Below, piece by piece: positions 34,848 to 42,466 of a stretch of 42,466 bases of DNA. Numbering within the stretch: the first letter of the stretch is position 1; each line of letters begins with the position of its first letter. Source of the stretch: Callorhinchus milii (lineage: Eukaryota); the NCBI RefSeq assembly GCF_018977255.1, contig NW_024705463.1, positions 1 through 42,466 on the forward strand. Reading direction: 5' to 3'. The position numbers and the translations under genes were made by a program. The notes beneath the pieces are model-generated. The model saw only the letters and a list, made by a program, of their open reading frames with translations, searched no databases and was not told the DNA's origin.

Positions 34848-35648
34848 GAGTAATTCCTGCAGTCACGAAAGCGCCAAATCAAGTTTGAACCACCTCTACG
34901 GGGAAGTTTAAGTTTGTTTTCTCTCTCTGTGTCTCTGTGCTGTCTCTCTCTGCCCGTGTGTCTGTCTCTGTTCTCCGTGTCTGTGTCTTGCCTCTCTCTC
35001 AAATTTCACACTTAAATTCTAATTTAGCAATCCTTGGAAGAACGTAATCAACCAGGCCATGCGTTAATTGTGTGTTTACCGACTTTTTGTGTTGCATTGC
35101 ATTACATTTCCAAATTTTACTAAGTTTGTTTGATTTAGTGTGGTTTCTCTCTCTCTGTCTCCCCTCGTTTTGTTGCTTTGTTTCCTGCTGTTGCGCCTGG
35201 TCTCTCATGGACATGCTAATTTCTCTACCCCCCCCTCTCTCTCTGCTCCCCTCTCTCTCTATTTAAGGCCTCGACACAGAGGCGTTGTTTCTGTGTGCCT
35301 ATGTGTTTGTCTCTCTCTGTGTGTCTCTGTGTCATCTCTCTCTGCTTATGTGTCTGTCTATGTGTCTCCGGTTCTGTGTTTTATCTCTTAAATTTAGCAA
35401 TCTTTGGAAGAACGTAATCAACCAGGTAGGGTGTTGACTGTTATATTAGCCGACTATCTGTGTTGTATTGCATTATATTTCTAAGTTTACTAGGTTTGTT
35501 TTCTCTTTCATTTGTACCTGATGATGATTGCTTGTGTTGCAATCGAAACGTCGTATGCTATTATTACATTTATTATTTTATCTTTCTACGTGACTTTACC
35601 GAAAGAACCAAAGAGTAATTCCTGCAGTCACGAAAGCGACAAATCAAG
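34848..35648 (+). mobile_element. Non-coding Penelope-dependent (retrozyme-like) element with 36-bp direct terminal repeats
   Basis: GAGTAATTCCTGCAGTCACGAAAGCG(C/A)CAAATCAAG at 34848-34883 and 35613-35648; CT/TG-rich body with internal duplication; hammerhead near the 3' end. Confidence 0.6.
35513..35557 (+). ncRNA. Minimal type I hammerhead ribozyme, best-preserved copy
   Basis: TGTAC-CTGATGA-T-GATTGC-TTGTGTT-GCAATC-GAAACGTC^GTATG: stem I 5 bp with wobbles, stem II 6 bp, palindromic ACGT stem III. Confidence 0.82.
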
Positions 35649-35719
35649 ATGGGATTAAATTACGAATTATGTGTACTGTATTGAAACGAACCTGGATCTT
35701 GTGTTTGACGAGCGTTTTG

Positions 35720-38125
35720 AACTCTCTAAATAAAAACAGAGATGACATTGTCATCCTCTCAGCCGACAAAGGCAATATCCACTGTCATCATGGATAAAAC
35801 AACTTACAACAACAAAATTCAGGACCTTCTTAATGATGGCAGCTATACCAAAATCAACAAAGATCCCATCAATTGCTTAGCTACTAAAACCAACAATATC
35901 ATCACTAAATCGACTTCTCTAATCGATCAGACCAAGCAGAGCTCCCTAAAACCTTCGGCTGCTAGACCACCCAGATTTATGGCCTTCCAAAAATCCACAA
36001 AGTAGTACCCCGCTCCGTCCTATCGTCTCCACGATTAACTCACCCACCTACAAACTGGCCGATTTCTGTCTGAGACTCTGCTTCCTTTCACTGGCAAGTC
36101 CACCTCAGCTGTACTTAACTCAGCTCACTTGGTTTCTCTAATCAAGGACATCTCACTGTCTCCGGATGATTTGCTTGTCAGTTTCGATGTAGTCTCTCTG
36201 TTCACCAATGTACCTGTACTTGACACCATTGCAATCATTGAAGACTTGGTCCAACAAGGACTGAATCCAGATGTACCAACTTTGGTAAGGCACTGTCTTA
36301 CCAACACATACTTCACCTGGAATGGTACATTCTACAGGCAAAATGAGGGTACCCCAATGGGGTCTCCCTTATCGCCAGTGGTAGCGAATGTTTTCATGAA
36401 AAATTTGAGACAGATGCCATCCAGACATCCACCCTACGTTCTTCCTTGTGGAAGAGATACGTAGATGACACGTTTGTCATCTGGCCACATGGCCTGCCAG
36501 CACTGAACCAATTTCTCAACCACATCAATTCCACACACCCGTCTATCAAATTCACCATGGAAGTGGAAAAAATGGAAAGCTACCATTCCTGGATGTTTTG
36601 ATCGAGAAGAGACCTGATGGCTCGTTGGGACATTCAGTCTACAGGAAAGCCACCCACACGGATGCCTATCTAAAGCCTGACTCCCACCACCTTCCAGCCA
36701 GAAGAATTCCCTCATACAAACACTAAACCATAGGGCCCGTTGCATATCCGACCAGCACCACCTAGCAGTGAGTTGGAGCACGTACACCAAGCCCTCAGGA
36801 TGAACGGATACTCGGAACGTACAATCCGCAAAGCTGTCTCCCAGCCATGCGGAGACAACCTTCTGAGGATCCAACCAAAACCATCACTTTACCGTACATA
36901 GCAGGGGTTACCAAAAATATTTCCAAAATCTTAAACAAACACAAGATCCAGGTTCGTTTAAATACAGTACACAAAATCCGTGATTGAATCCCATCTGTAA
37001 AAGATGTGATTCCTGACATGCAATACCCTGGTGTCTACAAACTGAGTTGTGGTTGCGGCAGCAGTTACATTGGGGAAACGAAACGACATGTCTCGGACCA
37101 CGTCCGTGAACACAAGGCAGATCTGAAACATGGTAGGACAAATACCTCTGCCATTGCCGATCATTGTTTTAACGCTGTGGGCTCACACGAAATAGATTTT
37201 TCCAAGACGGAGGTACTCTGCAAACCTACCAGCTACCTTCGAGATTTGTTCATGAAGCCATCCAGATATATAAACACAGACACAACTTCAACCGAGAGGA
37301 TGGGTAGAAAGTGAGCAATCATTGGAAGGACGTTATTAACCAGGTAAATCTTAACTGACTTGATGTTTCCATCCAACCTGCCTATGTCAGCTGTTATTTC
37401 GACTCTGTGTCTCTATATGCCTCTCTCTTAAATATCGTATGCTCACATGTCCGTTGCATTGCACTCTCATGCCTTTGGATTGCACTCTCATGCCTTTGGA
37501 TTGCACTCTCATGCTCACATGTCTTTTGGATTGCACTCTCATACTCAAAGGCCCTTTGGATTACACCCGTTGGGTTGCACTCTCTCGTCGAGGAGCCGCT
37601 CTTCTTCTCCTTCTTTTCTACATAACATGCTAATCTCTCACATTAACAAAGCCACTTCTGTGCCCTCTAATTTCTCACATTAACATCATGCTAATCTTTC
37701 ACATTAACACTGCCACTTCTGTGCCCTCTAATTTCTCACATTAACATCATGCTCATCTCTCACATTAACAAAGCCACTTCTCTCCGCTCTAATTTCTCAC
37801 ATTAACATCATGCTAATCTCTTACATTAACATAGCCACTTCTGTGCCCTCGTCGAGGAGGCCGCTTTCCTTCTTTTCTACAGTTACATGCTAATTTCTCA
37901 CGTTAACATCACTAGCCCCGGCCACTTCTTTATGACCCTTGGGCTACACCCATTTCAAACCTTTTAAAACAGTCTGCCTCAGCAGCAGACCATGCTTTCC
38001 CACCTGATGACGGACGCTTGTGTTGCGCCTGAAACGTCGGGATTTATTTTATTTTATACCTACGTGACTTTACCGAAAGAACCAAAGAGTATGGATTCCT
38101 GCAGTCACGAAAGCTTCAAATCAAG
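35720..38125 (+). mobile_element. Penelope-like retroelement, 5'-truncated and frameshifted (RT plus GIY-YIG, coding remnant ~35720-37357)
   Basis: ADKG, GLPKIHK, PLRPIVS, SFDVVSLFTNVP, GTPMGSPLSP, RYVDDTF, IKFTME, FLDV, VYRK; GVYKLSCGCGSSYIGET; 3' UTR minisatellites 37455-37910; hammerhead at 38004-38038; tail ...GCAGTCACGAAAGCT. Confidence 0.93.
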
Positions 38126-38321
38126 ATTGTTATTAAATCATTCAGTTATTAATAGACACTTTAAAAAAAAAAATCGCTAAATCATTTATTATTATTATAT
38201 TATATCAATTTCCACTTTAATTCTAATTATCAAATTATTACAATTTAGTAATTATAATATAATAATTACATTATAATAACTAAATTATTATTACTTGCCG
38301 GTCACGCCAGTTGGTTCAGGG

Positions 38322-38545
38322 CACGGTGTCGGCAACCTGCAGCTCCGTAGCAGCGTGCGGCTCTTTGAGGGACCGCTGCTTCGTGAGACGTTTTTATTTA
38401 TCAAGGACCACCACCACCGTCTCTCGTACTCACACCACGTTGCATTGCGGCTCTTGAAATAATGATTTGGTTGGTTTCTATTTTACTTACCGAATGTAAA
38501 AATAAGAAAAAATGTCTCTCCTTGTTTTGGTTGGCGACCCCCCTG
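38322..38545. mobile_element. hAT-like MITE
   Basis: Imperfect TIRs CACGGTGTCGGCAACC / GGTTGGCGACCCCCCTG; 8-bp TSD GTTCAGGG / GTTTAGGG. Confidence 0.7.
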
Positions 38546-39089
38546 GTTTAGGGGAATCGTTTTTTTTTAACTTTGAATACGAACTGACAGCTGTGTGGTT
38601 TGCTGGGCAAAACGCACAGCCTCACCTAGCCGGATTTTTTTTTGTTTACGTGACAAACCTTACTCATTGGTTGTGTTGGGTGGTGGCGAGTTTAACGACA
38701 CTTTTATATTATGCGATCTAACCCAAAAACATGTTTAATGATAATATTGGTCGCGAAAGCCTACTTATAATTTTAAAGCTTAAATAAGAATTTACACGGT
38801 GCGGTTTACAGTGGAAAAACACAGCCTCACCCAAGCGGGTGTAACCAGTCTATAGGACAAACCATCACTGTTTTCATGGTTACCGTGGGGTTTTTGTAAA
38901 AATATATCAATTGCGACTCTTTAACCTTGACACTGTGTGTGTGAATGTGACGCCACGTCTACACAGGTGAGTACGGGCTGCCGCGTGCAACATTCCAGGG
39001 CGCGTCTCGTGGTGTTTATAATTTAGCTGCAGGTGAAGTCAGCTCGTTTCCTTGTTCGTTGTCGCTGCTCTGTGATTTTTTTTACATCT

Positions 39090-39380
39090 CGCTGCGGTGG
39101 CTACGAGATGTTAACTACCTCGCCTGGTATACAGGAGGTCGTGGTTCGATCCGACCCTGACGCCTGTACGTGTACTTGGAGTTTGCTTGTCTCTCTCCCT
39201 GTAGTCGCGTGAATTTGTCTCGGTCTCCAATTTTCCCTCCACACTTAGAAACATGCGTTTAGAGTGTTTGGCTGCTAGAAATGTCCACGTAATAAGCCAC
39301 GTCGTGAGCTATCAATTGTGGCCAGGTCGCTTCTGAAAAGAGCTATAAACCTCAGTGGGCCTTACCTGGTAAATATAAAA
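39090..39380 (+). mobile_element. tRNA-derived SINE
   Basis: GGTGGCTACGAGATGTT A-box-like, GGTTCGATCC B-box, GGAGTTTGC core, A-rich 3' end. Confidence 0.75.
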
Positions 39381-40568
39381 ATAGTTTTATAGAATCGGCC
39401 AAACTCAGCGATTCCAGGATGTAAAATATTAACATTAACAATAGGTGATGAATATATATTGTATTTAAAACCTTGAATTTTTTTACGCATAATAGGAAAA
39501 TGGACAGTGAAAGTCATGAAGATAATGAGCTTAAATGAACCACGATGTTTGTTTAGCCAGGGCCTGCTCGCCCACCCTTCACGCCATCCTCCTGCCCATC
39601 TGTCTCCCCTCTCACCAAATAACCCCCCACTTACTCAACCTCCACCACCACCCACTCACTCGCACCTTCGATTAGCACGAGTGGCTACGTACGCTCGACA
39701 TAAGTTCAACATACATACTCACCCACACACCACTCACCCAACCACTCACCCACACACTAAATCACCCACCTACACACTCACCCACACACCTTCGATTAGC
39801 ACGGTTGACTACGTACGGTGAAAAAGAAGTTCAACATACATACAACCACCGTCCACTCAGATAAACGGTGTAGTAGAATAAAAAAAAAAAATATTGACAG
39901 ATGAACAGAGGATGCATGAAGCCAGTAGTTAATATTAGTTGATAAAGGTGGAAGACGATTACAGACTGTGAAGCTTAAACAAACAGGCCTTGCAAGAAAA
40001 ATATGAATGAAAACACAGATGGGAAAAAAACAAGTTAACCTTTACATCAGAATGTTTGTACAAGGTGCGGTTCCACTGTGTGCAATGCACACAGCCTGAC
40101 CTAGCCGGTCAATCAGCCTGTGGGACAAACCATTATCGCTGTGTCCCGGTGCTGCTGCTGGGTTTTGTTTGTACAAATATATCACTTGAGACCGGTCAAA
40201 GCTATGTATGTATGTTGAACTTCTTCCACACCGTACGTAGCCAACCGTGCTAATCGGAAGTGCAGGGGAAGGACAAACTAAACACAAAAATAGTTTTAGC
40301 TATTACACAGTGCGTGACTGTAACGCCACGTCTACACAGGTGAGCGCAGCCGCCGTATGGAACATTCCAGGGCGTGTCTCGAGGTATTTATAACTTAACT
40401 GCAGGTGAAGTCAGTTCATTTCCTTGTTCGTCTCCGCTGTGTGAGCTGCGCACAGAACAACTCGTCAATGATATTCAACATCTCACGATATTATAAACTT
40501 AAATTATTTTTGTTGAAATATATTCTCTGAGGCACAGTGAGAAACTACTTTGGGTGCATCATTGGGTC

Positions 40569-41138
40569 ATGGCGAGCGCAGCTCCCGCTGAGAACGTGGA
40601 CCGAGAGTTGACCTGCTCCATCTGCCTGGACACGTTTGACTGCCCCTCCACGCTGAGCTGCGGCCACTCGTTCTGCCTCCAGTGTCTGGAGGACGCCTGG
40701 AAGGAGACAGACTCCTACTGCTGCCCGCAGTGCCGCAAGACCTTCCCTCGACGACCCCAGCTGACCAGGAACGTGACGATCGCCAACCTCATAGAGCAGC
40801 TGCGAGTGACTGAGACCATGGTTGCTGCTGCTGCTGCTGGTTTTGTTTTCTGTGACAACTGCCCAAAAGGCAAGACGCTTGCAGTGAAGACTGCCTCAAG
40901 TGTGAGACGTCCTTCTGCAGAAGCACCTCGCGCCTCACCTGGAAAGATGAAGTTTAATGATCACGTCCTGGTTTCACCAGATGTGAACCCTGAAGCACGC
41001 AAGTGCAAGAGGCACAAACAGGAGCTCATATTCTACTGCAAGCAGGACGTGAGCCTCGTGTGCACAGTCTGCGCCTTCACTGGAGAACATCGAGGGCATG
41101 ATGTTGACACGCTGGAGAACGAGCATAAGACACGGAAG
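40569..41138 (+). CDS. TRIM gene B exon 1 (RING, scrambled B-box1, B-box2)
   Basis: CSIC..CGHSFC..C..CPQC; CDNC; CKRH..YC..VC..C..H..H; donor AAG|GTGAGG at 41139. Confidence 0.9.
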
Positions 41139-41716
41139 GTGAGGCCCACATGCCAACAGCGAAAACCACTGAGGTGCAGAAAAAAACATGCATTGAGGTT
41201 ATTTGGCAGCTATACATTTCCACATGATAAACCACTTTGATGAGTTATCATTTGTGGCCAGGTCGCTTCTAAAAAAAAAATAATACTGGTTGGGCTTTGC
41301 CTGGTAGGATGGGATGGCTTGATTGTATGTTGTTGGGTGATTGTTTAACTTTCTAGTACTTTGCACTACTATCTGGTTTTTGTATAGTTTGTTTTAACGT
41401 TCTTACCCACCCCTACTGGACATTGTGAAAAAGAGCTTTATAGCTCATCGGATTCCTCCAGTATGAACACATATACTGATTATGATATCTCTACATGAGC
41501 TGATAAAAAAAACTGTCCCCTGGGTATAATATAAACATCTCATACAACAAACATCACCGTGGGTTGATTCTCTGTCCACAGGTCCCTTGCCTATTAGACT
41601 TTTTCAGTCAGTCCAGGATGACTTCCTCACCACGCTTCTGGTGGGCAATTCAGAACTGTCACCGTGGAGGGCTCCGGATGGAGTGGAGTCTCCTCTGATG
41701 ACTTCGTCTCTTGCAG

Positions 41717-41812
41717 GGTAGAGTCGGTGAGGAAATGCGAGCAGTGGAGAAGGACAGGAAAAAGGCGGAGGCGTCCGTGGGACAGATGAAGGCCACTCGC
41801 AAGGACGTGCAG
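41717..41812 (+). CDS. TRIM gene B exon 2 (96 nt, coiled coil): GRVGEEMRAVEKDRKKAEASVGQMKATRKDVQ
   Basis: Acceptor TCTCTTGCAG, donor GTACCG; phase 0-0; paralogous to 25220-25315. Confidence 0.87.
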
Positions 41813-42466
41813 GTACCGCGTGGCCTCTGTGGCCCTGTGACCTCCACCCTGGGTGGAGTCTGTGACTCTCCCCTTGAGGATAACTCCGCAGATTCAAGTG
41901 AACTCTGTTAGGCTTGAGTCAGTGTGTAATGACTGTGCAGGACATTGCATTATTATAGTTATGGGTGATTGAAACGTAATTTTTGTAATGCAACGTTTTT
42001 ACACAAAAAGTATCTCTCGTGAGACTTCAATGCACGTCGCAAGATAACTCGAATGGCTTGCAATGGATCAGATAAAATAAAGCAGTATGGAGCAACGATT
42101 GTATTTAATTATAAACGAGACATTAAACGAGTAAAGACGGCGATAAAATACGACAGGAAATCGGCTGTTGAATGCTAGAATTAACATAAGAGATGCGGCT
42201 ATAAAGAAAGTGCAAGGAATGCCAGAAAACACTTTTGCTCTCATGACACGCACCTACCTCTAAAGCAGCACAACGTAGAGACATTTATTATTTAAAACGT
42301 TTTAAATTGAATATGCACGAATCATAATGTATTAGTGATTAACTCTTTTGATGTAGTACATTTTAATGATTCAGATAATTACGTAATTGAATCTAATTTT
42401 GATATGTCTTCAACGATATTGCTATGAGCCTGGTTTGCATGAAGTTTTTAATTCATTCGTTTCTCA

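Overview
Eukaryotic, repeat-rich, intron-containing DNA, probably from a fish-like or jawless vertebrate (inferred, not proven). Host genes: two head-to-head TRIM genes (RING/B-box/B-box exon plus a 96-nt coiled-coil exon) produced by an inverted duplication, and the 3' end of an NLR/ribonuclease-inhibitor-type LRR gene on the minus strand whose 84-nt LRR exon has been tandemly duplicated. Mobile DNA: a head-to-tail array of about 2.3 near-identical 4010-bp RLE-type (HERO-like) non-LTR retrotransposons with two intact 1179-aa ORFs; a decayed Penelope-like element (RT plus GIY-YIG); many Penelope-end derivatives carrying minimal hammerhead ribozymes, several as TSD-flanked fold-back insertions; Tc1/mariner and hAT MITEs, tRNA-SINEs, an RTE fragment and satellites. 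The most interesting signal is a hammerhead-ribozyme-like core in a non-circularly permuted order in the 3' UTR of every retrotransposon unit, which could cut read-through array transcripts into unit-length RNAs. A 1.84-kb random-looking block follows a 30-N gap and is probably not native. Many single-base deletions suggest long-read indel errors.
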